Assembly: GCF_006345805.1 (NCBI RefSeq)
Contig: NC_042998.1
Location: forward strand, 189,658,001 to 189,722,000
Reading direction: 5' to 3'
From: Octopus sinensis
Taxonomy: Eukaryota
DNA length: 64,000 bases
Positions 13,347 to 26,289 of the stretch are shown here, one piece after another (position 1 is the first letter of the stretch; every line of letters begins with the position of its first letter). Under the pieces are notes generated by a model. The model saw only the letters and a list, made by a program, of their open reading frames with translations, was not told the DNA's origin and ran no database searches. The position numbers and the translations under genes are program-made.

Positions 13347-13501
13347 ATATAAATATATCATTGTGTGCATAAACGTGTCTCATATGCACACACACACAAA
13401 CATTCGTGTGTGCGCGCGCCTGTTGCGCATAAATATATATATGTATATGTATATATATATGTATATATATATGTATATATATATGTATATATATATATAT
13501 G

Positions 13502-13734
13502 TATTTCTTTATTGCCCACAAGGGGCTAAACACAGAGGGTACAAACAAGGACAGACAAACGGATTAAGTCGATTACATCGACCCCAGTGTGTAACTGGTA
13601 CTTAATTTATCGACCCCGAAAGGATGAAAGGCAAAGTCGACCTCGGCGGAATTGAACTCAGAAACGTAACGGCAGACGAAATACGACTACGCATTTCGCC
13701 CGGCGTGCTAACGGTTCTGCCAGCTCGCCGCGTT
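13502..13734 (-). mobile_element. SINE family A, full length and young
   Basis: Near-identical by eye to the copies at 47508-47740, 49793-50028, 55534-55766 and 63006-63220. It has an internal B-box-like GAGTTCAATTCC and a core resembling the Meta-type SINE domain. Confidence 0.9.
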
Positions 13735-13782
13735 AAAAATATATATATCTATATATATATGTATATATATATATATATATAG

Positions 13783-13822
<40 letters not shown>

Positions 13823-13854
13823 GATATATATATATATGTAATTATATATATATG

Positions 13855-13901
<47 letters not shown>

Positions 13902-13980
13902 TAATATATATTATATTATATATAGGTATCAGTTATATGCTTTTGAGTTAATGCGGTATTAGCCCGGAGATCACTCTTAC

Positions 13981-14342
13981 GGACGTGGTGTGTTATTGAA
14001 GCACAAATATATCAGTAACATGCGAAAATCGTCGAGCAGTGGTGGGAAAGAATGCGAGATGAGTATTCCCACCACTTCATGTTCTGTCAGTAGCATGTCC
14101 TCAATGTCAACCTTATGTTAAAAGAAAATCCGTCATCCGGTTAATTGCAGCACTAGTGATTTTTCAGTCGTTAGTTTCCTCTATCAGTGACGACAGATTT
14201 TGTCTTAACATTCTGTTGGTAGCGAGTACATGCTACTGGCAGAGCCCAAGGGGCAGAAATGCGCTTCTAGCATTCACACAAACACTGCTGAGTGATTTTC
14301 GTCTGCTACTGATATATTTGTGTTATTTAACACAGTACGTTC
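13981..14342. repeat. Foldback element with diverged inverted arms of about 130 bp
   Basis: Arms 13981-14110 and 14215-14342 align in inverted orientation, including a perfect 16-bp match CACAAATATATCAGTA (14002-14017) / TACTGATATATTTGTG (14307-14322). Confidence 0.75.
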
Positions 14343-14546
14343 TGGAGGAGGGCTGCAGTTGTTTTTCTTGATGAATTTGCAATAAGTATGATATACAGGT
14401 CTGTGTATATATATATATATTTATATATATATTTCAATTCCTAAACCGAGTGGTGCGTTTTGGTCTTCAGCAAGACACTTCATCTCCTGTTGCTTTGTGA
14501 TCACTTCGAAACTTGACGCGTGGCACAACGTGCATGACTGTATGTT

Positions 14547-14655
<109 letters not shown>

Positions 14656-15039
14656 ATATTATGTATGTGTGAGTGTGTGTGTTTATAAATACATTCAGGC
14701 ACACACACATAACGTCTGAAATTAAGTTATTTAACGAGATAAAATATAAACTAATTTCTACAATTGCATAATATACATAAGGCGACGGGAGGATGAAACA
14801 TTCTTAAAATCCTTATAACCATATATTTATATAAATCAAATTTAAAAGAGTGGGATTGTCAGTGGTGTCAGACAAAACACTTTCGATGTTTGGTTTATAG
14901 GTATGAGTTACTCTTCCTTTAATCTTTGATAACTGTTTAAAGGTTGGACGGACAGGTCTATTTGAGAGTGAAGTTTCTTGGCTGTAGACATAGGATAATG
15001 CTAACCGACATTCTGTCTAGTACGCGATCGATTCGGTCA

Positions 15040-15260
15040 TCCACAACTCTCATGTATTAAGTGTATAATAGCACAAATGTACATATTATTGACAAATGAA
15101 ACTATAAGATATTTATCCCTAGAATAATAAATTACTTGTTCTAACAAAGGGGCATTTTTCAATATGGGGACTTGCTGTACTTTGATATAGCTTAAAACAA
15201 TAATTAGTGCTTGATTGTCCGAGTTCATGGGTCGATAAAAGTTTCGATTAACTTCAGATT
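15040..15260 (-). mobile_element. Decayed Penelope GIY-YIG endonuclease fragment
   Basis: Minus-strand pieces GQSSTN and KVQQVPILKNAPLLEQVIYYSRDKYLIVSF resemble PLE YIGQT...HKQQI....R..PLSEH...C....Y.IFPF. Confidence 0.5.
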
Positions 15261-15699
15261 TATTTGTTATTAGGTATATATTTCTATTATTTATGGACTG
15301 ATATCAAATAGTCTTTTGTGTAAACATACGTGCATTGTTCACAGACATTGTACAGTAAGTAGCTTGTGGCAGAAAAATATGTTTGGCGGAAGGTTTAAGT
15401 TTTCGTTACAATACAAAGTTTGGAGGACATTGTTGATAGATGTTTGTTTGTGTATGTAAATGGTGAGCGGTATCGAGAACGTTTTCAATGATTTGAAATT
15501 ATGAAGTAAGTTTGATTTGCGTAATATTTCATTTATTCTTTGAATGAATGAATGCCACAGTCCCACGGCTTGCTGTCTATGTAACTGATAATTCTAGGTA
15601 GATAAAATGTTCGTGAAAGATCAAGCAGCATACCCTAACCATCATAATAGTGGATGCGAGTAAGAAATAATTATATTTCATACAACGGTTTAATATGCA

Positions 15700-16235
15700 C
15701 ATGTATGTCATTGTTCATTTTTATTTCAACAGTTTTTGCTAATAGAGAAAGGGCCGGTTTCTAACCTAGATTCAAGGCTCCTTCAGTGGAATTTCAACAT
15801 CAACCAACAGGCTATTTTTGTTGTATGTATGCATGTATGTACATGTGCAGATTTGTATGTTTTGCTTTATGTATGTATTCTCATGCATATATAGTTGCAT
15901 ATCTAGACATGCACATATATATTTAAATGATAAACTTCTGGAAAGTTTTACAGATTTTTACAATTCCAGTGAAGGATTGGATCTGTAGTCTTCTCCTTTC
16001 TCGTTTTGAGATGCCTAATGTCTCAGGCAGTGTGTTACATATCTCAGGGCCCCAATAATTACAGGTATACACCTGAACTTGTAATCTGGATAGAGTAACT
16101 GCAGATTTCTCAATAGTTCAGTGTAGGTATTTTCTTTTTCACTGATTTTCAGCTTTATGTTAACATACACTGAGCAGCTAATTTCCACAACTGTACACAG
16201 CTTCTCTATCCTAAATCATTATATCAGGTCTGTTG
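15700..16235 (-). mobile_element. 3' fragment of an R4/Dong-like LINE (restriction-like endonuclease C-terminus plus 3' UTR)
   Basis: Minus-strand translation includes KISEKKNTYTELLRNLQLLYPDYKFRCIPVIIGALRYVTHCL, matching the RLE C-terminal K..EK...Y..L...L..L......IP.VIGALG motif. Confidence 0.65.
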
Positions 16236-16570
16236 TGCTTATATTTTATTGAGATCTTCACTTGGACATTCCACCAGTACTCTTCATAGCTTGCGTCTCT
16301 GGATTCACTTGGCTTATAACTCGAAGTACGCAATACTTGAAAAAATAATTAAATTAACTAAAATAAAATTACGTGGTTATGGTTGGAATACCTTGCATTA
16401 TAGATCCCGTGGGTCACGGATGATCCAGGATTAAATAACAAAATGAACGACTACTACATTTGTTTATGTAACAATAATTTTTGAAGGTAAGTAGTAACAG
16501 TAAAGGCAAAATAAGAAAAGGAATGTTAACGATGAATGGTTTACTTATTTTACGTGTGTTGTGTTGTATT

Positions 16571-16678
<108 letters not shown>

Positions 16679-17177
16679 TGTATGGATGTGTGGGTGTGTG
16701 TATGTGTCTGTATTTGTACATATATAGTCAATGCAAATAAACAAACAGTTCAAATAAACAACTAAAAACGAACCACATGAGGACGTGCATAAGAAATGTA
16801 TTAGCTTGCTCGGTGAAAGGAGAGATTTTGACGTTTCGAGCATATCTCTTCGCCGAAAAGGAAAAAGGGAAAAGTCCAAAAAGGAAGAGGAATCATATCA
16901 TCAATGGTACACGTACAATTACATTGTTGAATGTAACTCAGAGAGTCCAGTGGTATGTATATGAACAACATTAACAAATACAGGTATATCAAATACCATG
17001 CGACATAAACACTTGATTTATTAAAATTATCTTCGACTCGAGAGGATATGTCATAATGATCAGATAGGAATTAAGACCACCTTCATATGAGAAGAGAAGA
17101 TAATGTTAACAAGTCTCCAAAGTTGACATGCCATTAACAAAAATAAGTCAGACTTATTTTCTGGAGACGAGAAGGGA

Positions 17178-17222
17178 GTTTTGGACATGTGTTTCTACCT
17201 CTTTAAGCATCATCAGCACAAC
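17178..17222 (-). ncRNA. Minimal type I hammerhead ribozyme motif in the sense strand of the Lhx3/4 intron, predicted cleavage after GUC at 17184
   Basis: Minus strand reads GTTGTG CTGATGA TGCTT-AAAG-AGGTA GAA ACACATGT C CAAAAC. Stem I has 5/6 pairs, stem II has 5 bp including two G.U, stem III is ACA/TGT, and the triplet is GTC. Confidence 0.7.
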
Positions 17223-18469
17223 AGTAGGTGAGAGAGTTAGGTAAATACAAAAAGAGTAGAACTTATTTGTGGCATTCGTAAATTGTATAAGTGAAACAAA
17301 AATGTGGTAAAGGAAATAACTCAGAGTGGTCAGTGGCATGGAACATCATAGAAAAATACAGATATGAAATACAGGTAAATCAAATACCATACAACATAAA
17401 TTCTTGAGTTACTAAAGTTAACTCCACCTCAAGAGGGTATGTAACACTTACTAGATGTGGCTGTGTGTGTGTGTGTGTGTGTATGTGAGCGTGTTCTTTC
17501 TTGTTGTTCCCTTAAAAATGAAAAGAACCACAATTAAAGGGAAGTCCTCAAGTACATCACGTAGAGATTATCAATTCATTTAATGGGAAGTGATTTTTAC
17601 AAGACTAATTCTCTTCCATTCGAGAAACCACCAATGTACCTCAATATATGTCTATGTGTGCAAGCGTGTGCATCATATATAAATACACATACTCAGATAT
17701 ATATAACACACACACATGCTCACACATATTCAGATTAATAAGTCGATGTTTTTAAAAATAGTAGTTAACTAAATCTAAATTAGATTCGTATAGTCTCAAT
17801 ATATTTCTTTGGAAAATAAAAATAAAAATAAAAATGGCTTCTAATACGGAAATATAATTTATTTTTATTATGGTGCAAATGGTTGCAAGCTTTCAGCAAG
17901 CAGTCATATAGATAAAATATAATGTCGGTCTAGCTCTCGCTTGGCTGGCATAACCGGCAATATTAGCTATTAACAATTCAATCAAATGTTAGGCAAGATT
18001 GTTAATATTTTTCAGAACAATACTGCACACAATACTTTACTGTGTGTGGCATCATTAAATATTGATTAATGATGGGGGAAGTATTGCATTAAAATGCTAA
18101 TATAATGAACTATACGAAATCTTGATTACTTCCTACAAGTCAATACTAGTATAACAATTTCGTCCGATTGGACGTTAGATATTCTCTGCATGATTTCAGT
18201 AAATCAGAAGTTGGACATAGTATAGGAAACAATATTTATTTATTTATTTACTTACTTACTTTGTGTTAACTACCTAAGACGCGCGCAAACTCACACTCAT
18301 CCATCTATGCAAACATACATAAGTACATTGCATTCACTTACAAATACAAATGTACGTCATACACAGAGGGAGACTCATTTACTTGCATATAATACAGACA
18401 TACGCAAGCATAAAATCAATCAGTCAGTCTCAATCAATCAACCTCTCTGTTTCTCTCTCTCTCCCTCCC

Positions 18470-18534
<65 letters not shown>

Positions 18535-19497
18535 TTATCTATCTATATCTATATATATATATTTCTGTCTGTCTATCTGTTCTATGCCTACATTCATAAA
18601 ACTAGATTTTTCTAGAAAAAGATTTTGTTCATCGTCTGAAGATTCGTAAGTTTTTAAGAACGCATGAAGCGTGAAGTGATGTATTAGCTTTAACGGACTA
18701 TATAATACTATACATGCGTGTGTATGTGCGTGTGTCCAAGTACGCATGTCCATATTTATATTGCGAGTTTACAAAAGAAAATGTGATAAAATAAACTTTA
18801 AAAGATATTCAATTCAGTAAAAGAATGATGCAAATTGTATGATATATGTGCACAAAGCATAATTGCCTTAATGGAACTAGCTCAGTTGAGTCAGTGGCAT
18901 GAATTCGTATAAATTCGTCAAGGGGTGATATACTAGATGCAATATGGAAAAAGTTCTTAAATATAGGATACTCCCTCTTAGTTGGAGAAAGAAAACAAAA
19001 AATACTAACAAAAATGGCGGCAATTGTTAGTCATTCCCACCATCGCCCAAAAGTGAAAGAAATTAAAAAAAAATTAGGAACTAATCTCTCAAATTTAATT
19101 CACTTCCTTAGAGGGAAGTTTAATCTTTATTTTCAGACGACAACTATGGATGTGTTTCGGTTTATTAAATCTCATCAGAATACTATGTACTACTCAATCC
19201 TGCCTTATCACCTGACAAAGACTTTTTACATATAGAGAGTAAAGAATGATTTTTGGTTAGTATAATTAGCATAATTAAAAAAATAAAATATGCAAAATGT
19301 GAAAAGAAGACACTAAGAATTGTAAAAACATATAAATTTTTCAGAAGTGCAATAATGTCTGCAATCGCAAAACTAGGTAAAAGAAAAAAATCTAAATTAC
19401 TAGATAAGTAGATGTGATTAAAAAAATATTATAGGTGGAAGCTGCAGGATTAATGGAGCCAACCGTTTTGCTTGCACTGATACACACACAAACACAG

Positions 19498-19579
<82 letters not shown>

Positions 19580-19593
19580 TGTGTGTGTGTGTG

Positions 19594-19629
<36 letters not shown>

Positions 19630-20103
19630 TGGGAAAAATGTATCTGTTTATATGTCATATACCTGTATATTGCATATAAAGATACATTATTTCTCATTAA
19701 ACCAACCTTCCCATGCTCGATCAGTATGCCTTGATATACATTTTTCTTTTATCCCTTCTTTCATTTAGTTTATATCAGTAATGTTCTGAAGATAATTTAG
19801 TCTAAGAGACATTACCTTTCCTGATTCTTTAACTAATTTCTCTACTTTCAGTATTTGCATACAATCATTTTCTCACCTTTTCTTTCGTAGATTTCTCTCT
19901 TTTGTTAATTGAAGATTATACTAAAACATATGCAATTTGTATTGAGGACATGTCATTATATAACTAGTTTCTAATGGAATAATATATTTGGCAAATAATA
20001 AACATATCAATGTCTCAGTCTTTGTACGTCTATCTACTTGCCTAGCTCCGTCTTTCTTTGTCTGTGTTTGTGCATGTGTGTGGAGGGGCATGCGCGTTCG
20101 TAC

Positions 20104-20225
<122 letters not shown>

Positions 20226-20382
20226 AGGCGCAGGCGTGGCTGTGTGGTAAGAAGCTTGCTTCCCAACCACATAGTTCCAGGTTCAGTTTCACTGCGCAGC
20301 ACCTTGCGCAGGTGTCTTCTACTATAGCCTCGGGCTGACAAAAGCCGTGTGAGTGGATTTGGTAGACGGAAACTGAAAGAAG
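20226..20382 (+). mobile_element. SINE family B, 5' part
   Basis: AGGCGCAGGCGTGGCTGTGTGGTAAGAAGCTTGCTTCCCAACCACATAGTTCCAGGTTCAG..GTAGACGGAAACTGAAAGAAG. Confidence 0.85.
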
Positions 20383-20755
20383 AGTGTTTATAATAATGAA
20401 TAAATCACAATTATAACGAAGATGGTTGCAAAACCCCTTACATGACGTTCGAATTCAGAATTTGAGTACGTAGATAGAGGTTGACATATTATTCTTGCCG
20501 GTCGAGATACATTTAGCCCCAGGGTGTGAATTTGTATCAATTTGTATCTATGATGAGAAGAATGGAATCGTTATATTGTTTCGAAATTGCAATAGAGAAT
20601 TAATCTTTTATTTTTAAATTGTGGATTTTATATGTCATGTCGTTCGTGAGGAAATAAAATATGAGTGATAATAGTGGCTTTATAGTGGTTTTTGACTGTT
20701 ATTTCTAAACATGTAAGGGCTTTTGCAACCCTCTTCGTTATAAACACTCTTCTTT
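20376..20755. repeat. Inverted-repeat-bounded element of about 380 bp
   Basis: 20411-20444 versus 20710-20743 gives a 34-bp inverted match with 2 mismatches. The outer AAAGAAGAGTGTTTATAA (20376-20393) matches 20738-20755. Confidence 0.75.
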
Positions 20756-21664
20756 TATGTAATTTATTCATAAATAATTATTAATTGTTTATGATATATC
20801 CTTAGTAATGTATATATGTATGTATGCTTATATATAGTGTGTATAGAGGTGCGAATGAAATTGACACATTGGAATATAAATGATCAGTAAATTTTACAGT
20901 TTTTTGCGTTTTAAGGTGGTTAATTTACTTTCTCAACGATGTAAGTGCGATATTATATACATATTTAGTGTATACATACATGCATGTACATATGTCGACA
21001 TGAATATATATTATATGTAAAATATATATATGTTATATATTATGATAGTATACAATGTAATATTACACTCCTCCACACACACCACGCACACATGTGTATA
21101 TATGTTTAATATTAGTAAACAAATGCCTCTCGAAGTCGAAATAATCATGCATATTTAGTCACCCAGATCAAACCGCAACGAATCATCATAATCAGAGGAA
21201 TACACCAGAAGTCACGAATGCAAAATGTGTAAGCAAACAAAAGGGGAGAAACGTGATCTTAGAATATAATACCAGATGATGTTATCTGCGAGCACGGGAG
21301 GCGAGAAATATGTTGCACATTACCATAACTAATCGAAGTATCTTTAAACAATTGATTAGTTTAGATGTGAGCTGCCTCGAAAAGTTAAACCAAATGAAAA
21401 ATGATAAAAACTAATAAAAGAGCGACAAAAAATGTGAACGAAAAATTGCATTTATTTTTATGGTAGGGTTTAGAGAATGGGGGAAAATTAATTTTGTTTT
21501 TGTTCTAGAATTAAAATGACAGTGGCATTAAAGTGTCTTTTCAATCGATTCAGTGTCGACCTGGCACCAGTCGGTGTATTTAGATTTGCCTTTTTCAAGA
21601 GAGACTCATTCTCATGTTGATGGCTCATGGTTCATATTGTCACTTTGATTTTTCCTGGCAACCA

Positions 21665-21832
21665 TACAACACAGTTTCTGTCTATCAAATCCACTCACAA
21701 GTCTATAGTAGAAGACATCATTTACCGTGGTACTTGGTTCATTTCGTAGAAGACACTTGCTCGAGGCGCCACACAGTGGGACTGAACTCGAAGCCATGTG
21801 GTTGGGAAACATGCTTCTTACCACACGCCACT
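21665..21832 (-). mobile_element. Diverged SINE family B fragment
   Basis: Reverse-complement similarity to the family B head (..GTAGAAGACACTTGCTCGAGGCGCCACACAGTGGGACTGAAC..). Confidence 0.75.
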
Positions 21833-22485
21833 CGTAGTGAAATCGTAGTCGTGACTGATGCCAGTGTTGCGTAACCGGTACCCATGCTGGTAGCAGGTTA
21901 AAAGCACCGTTATATATAATTGCAAATGTCGTTAACACGTATTTATATATTGTGAATTGTCATTTGAATTAACGCTGAAATGGATTCATATATTTTTCTG
22001 TTTTTGATCGGTCTGGGGTTCGGTTAATTTCCTTCTATTATAATTTAATTGATTGCTCCTTTCTGGGCTATTGTAAAGGTCTTTATATTTTTGTTGGTTG
22101 AAACCATTCATTCCAATAATGAATTCCAGAGGAAAGGCCTAATTTGTGATTTAAACGGATTATATTTCGTTTTGTTTTGAATTAACTAATGTTGGAAACA
22201 ACTTGTAGAGATTTTGTTGGATATATGTACCAACTTAGAATAAAGTAACGCCTACACTTCTATTTTTCTTTTTCTTATACTATATATTACCAAGAAATCT
22301 AATGCTTACAGCTTAGTTTTTTTCTTGGGGCTGGCCGAGTTGGAGCAAATATCAGAATTGAACAGCCGAAATTTGCTATGATGATTCGGTGTCTGACTGA
22401 AGATTGAAGGCTTCGAATGATTTGTCTGTGTTCCGTGTTCGTCCCTTCCTGTATTTCACGTTCTTTATATATAAAAACATTTATT

Positions 22486-22518
<33 letters not shown>

Positions 22519-22574
22519 CGGCGGTGCATCTGCATGGCCGCAGCTCTGAGCTGAAACTAATATATATATATAAT

Positions 22575-22611
<37 letters not shown>

Positions 22612-22747
22612 CAATAATAAAAGGGTAAAATTGTCTGGGAGACTTTTCTTATAGTAGAGGAAATAGCTAAAATTTTTTGGCTGCTATTTCTAAAAGTTCG
22701 GTGTGTGGTAAAGTAAATTTTTTTTACTGAACCCTAATCATATAACG

Positions 22748-22785
<38 letters not shown>

Positions 22786-22787
<2 letters not shown>

Positions 22788-22985
22788 GGAAAGTTTACGA
22801 AAATAAACAAAAGACGAAGGCAGGTAGTGTACAAACAAACAGATGTATTAGTATAAGCGCTCAGGAATAGAAAAAATCTTTTACGTTTCGCGACCCTACG
22901 CTCTTCTACAGAAAGATACACAGAAAAAAACAAGGAGAGAAAAAAAATGTGTGTAGTAGCTAACGATCTATCATGGCGTCTGTAT
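22786..22985 (-). mobile_element. PLE-terminus-like repeat carrying a degenerate HHR-like motif (22876-22917)
   Basis: Minus strand reads ATCTTT CTGTAGA AGA GCG-TAGGGT-CGC GAA ACGT A AAAGAT. It has a 6-bp stem I and an ACGT stem III, but the core has A6 changed to U. Confidence 0.5.
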
Positions 22986-23019
22986 AAAATATAATTACAT
23001 ATACATATAATATATGATG

Positions 23020-23078
<59 letters not shown>

Positions 23079-24536
23079 TATGTATATCTATCTATCTATA
23101 TGTCTGTCTGTCTGTCTTTCTATCTCTCTCTGTGTGCCTGTCTGTCTGTCTATTCCACAATACAAAGGAGTGTCTAAATAGAAATATAATTCCTAGATAC
23201 TTGTTTTTGCTATCAATAATCAAGCACCAAACATATGTTTTACAAGGCAAATATAATTTCTTTGTACTAATTAGCTTTTCTATTTAATATCAGTATATAG
23301 CTGGAAAAGAATTTGATAAATAAATATGAAAAAAACTTCCAATCGATCTGAAGAAAGAAAGAGAGTGATAAAGAGAATGGGAGAGAGAGATAAGAGAGAG
23401 CATGAGTGATTCGTAAAAGATACGATCTCTCTTGATGTCTGTCAGAAGTCTGTTAAACTGAAAGAATTTCGTATTGTAATACTGCGCTTGTAACCAATAT
23501 AATATTAGTTATACACACATATATACAAATGTTTTCACCAAATGTCTTTAGGCAAGCAGAAAGAAAATTATTACTGCTTAAGTCAACATGAAAATGCTTT
23601 CTGTGTTGATGCTTGGAAGTTGGTTAGAATTTCATCGATGAATATCTAAATCCGAGAAACTTTTACCTGCCAAGCCAAACATTTTTGTTTGAATTTCATT
23701 TGGGTGTTGGTTGGTCAACAAAACAATAGATTAGATCTTTTTGCTAAGAAAGCAATCCCACAACAAAGAATTAAAAGAAAAAAAGAAAAATTGTGCATAA
23801 TTTTCCTTATGGCACTGATGGAGATCATAAATAAATGCCTCAATGATGAAATGTATAGACAGAAAGATATATAGATAGAGAGAATGAGAGAGAGAGAGAG
23901 AGAGAGAGAGTAAGAGAGAGAGAGAGAAAGAGAGAGAAAGAGAGAGAGATTGATTGTATGTAACTATATATACACACATACATATACATATATATATATA
24001 TATATACATACACATGAATGATACATATACACATATATGATACATATACACATATATGTATGATACATATACACATATATATGCATATTTATACATATAT
24101 ATATAAGCATATAAAATATTATAATTATAATTATATATATATATATGTATATGTATATATATATATATTTACATGCGTATATATATATATACATACACGT
24201 ATATTTTCATACATGCGTGCATACATACATATATACATACACAAACACATATATTTATATATCAAGAAAGTCAAAGAGGGAGGGAGACACTATAGATGGT
24301 TAGTAAGTAGGAGAGAAAGGCAAATATGTATAGTTTATGCATAAATTCAGCATAATAATTCAATTTACTAATATTTATTCATTCAATATTTTCCCTATCT
24401 ATATGATATATAATACAACAAACTCAATCTTTTACATTTCATATATAACATTTATTTCTTTTCTATAAAGTCTGTTTTTGACTACCGAGATGTTACTGAA
24501 ACTTTACAGTTTCTTTCTTTCAACAACTGTGTGGTG

Positions 24537-24619
<83 letters not shown>

Positions 24620-25964
24620 ATATATAATATATATATATATGCAATATATATATATATGTATATATATGTATGTATATATATAATATATATATATATATGT
24701 GTGTGTGTGTGTATATATATATGTATGTGTATATATATATATATACACATAATATATATATAATAATATTTATATAATATTATATCTATTGTATATATAT
24801 GTATGTATATATATAAACAAAAAAACTAGTGAAACAAAAGAAAAGTAAATAGCGAAACTAAAATATTTATAATTTTGGAAAAAAATAATTAACTGTGGAA
24901 GTAGAAATAAATTTAAACAAAGACGTTTTATTAGAAGTGATTTATATTATATAAGTAAGTAGTAACATTTTACTGGAGAGAGTTATTCATAATAGATATT
25001 AGAAGGCTATTCTCCTATGATGGACAGATGTGAGCGATATAGTATAAGTGTGAAATGAAAGTTATTGCTAAAACTAGATGACCAGGAGGAAGAGCCGTCT
25101 AAAATATTGGCGTTTTTGTCTAGAAGAGTGATGTTTCGACATCTGTCAGATACGTCAGTATATTGTACGATACGATTGGTGAACGAGTCAGCCTGCTAAA
25201 AGACAATGTAATGTTCATAAAATATTAATGGAGCTGAAATTGAAACTGCATACGAAATGAACCAAGTACCACGGTAAATGATGTCTTTCCTTGTAATGGT
25301 GTTTTCATATTAGCTTATTTAAGGACGAGGCAACGAACGCATGCAAGTTCATAGTTTATATGCCCCTGTCGTTTCAATAGTTGATGACTGTCTATGAAAT
25401 ATTTCTTTCCAGCAAAACATTTTTGCAAACATTGAAAATGACTTCATCCCCCCACCACCACACGAGTACACAAATATCCACACATTTTTAACTGACATGA
25501 TGGAAGAGAATAAACATCAAAAATAATAATCTTTTTACTATATGAACAAGGACTGACATTTTGAGGTGGGTTGTTAGTAGATGACATCGAGCCCAGTATT
25601 TGAGTGGTACTTTATGTTGTCGACCCTGAAAGGATGAAAAGCAAAGCTGACCGCGGCAGTATTTGATCTTAGAACGTTAACTCGGAAGAAATGCTAAAAA
25701 GCATGTTGTCCGGCGTGCTAATGTTTCTGCCGGCTCACCGCTTTGATTATAATAATCCATTATGTTGGCACAGCGCCAGCAATTTTGAGGAGTGGGGAAG
25801 TCGATTATATCGATCCCAGTACTCAATTGGTACTTATTTTATCCATCACGAAATTGGAATAAATAAAGAGGTTTAGAATATAGCATATTCAACCAAGTAA
25901 CTTTTTGAAAATAAATTTAGATCAATTTTAAAAATCAAATTCATTGTTCTGCATTTTTGTAGAT

Positions 25965-26100
25965 ACCAGATGTGTGCCAATGTATTCCTTGGATTCATGA
26001 GACGGATACTTCTAAAGATGCACCTTCATACTTTAAACAATTGCTGACCGATATATTTCAATGAAAGAATGGATACTTTTGACACGACTTTCTCGAAGAG
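25965..26100 (+). mobile_element. Possible decayed PLE RT fragment
   Basis: With one frameshift it reads ANVFLGF(H)ETDTSKDAPSYFKQLLTDIF, resembling PLE ANIFLGFHE..WL..CP..FKP..Y.RYVDDIF. Confidence 0.4.
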
Positions 26101-26244
26101 AACCCTAGTGCTGATATAGAACAATACCATGGTCAACTCATATCCATCTTCCATTGTTACCATTTTCCTGATATCAAAAGCATTAATGAATAAAAGAATG
26201 GTATGCTACAACTATATAGTGAGCACTATAATTGTAAGGTGATG

Positions 26245-26289
<45 letters not shown>

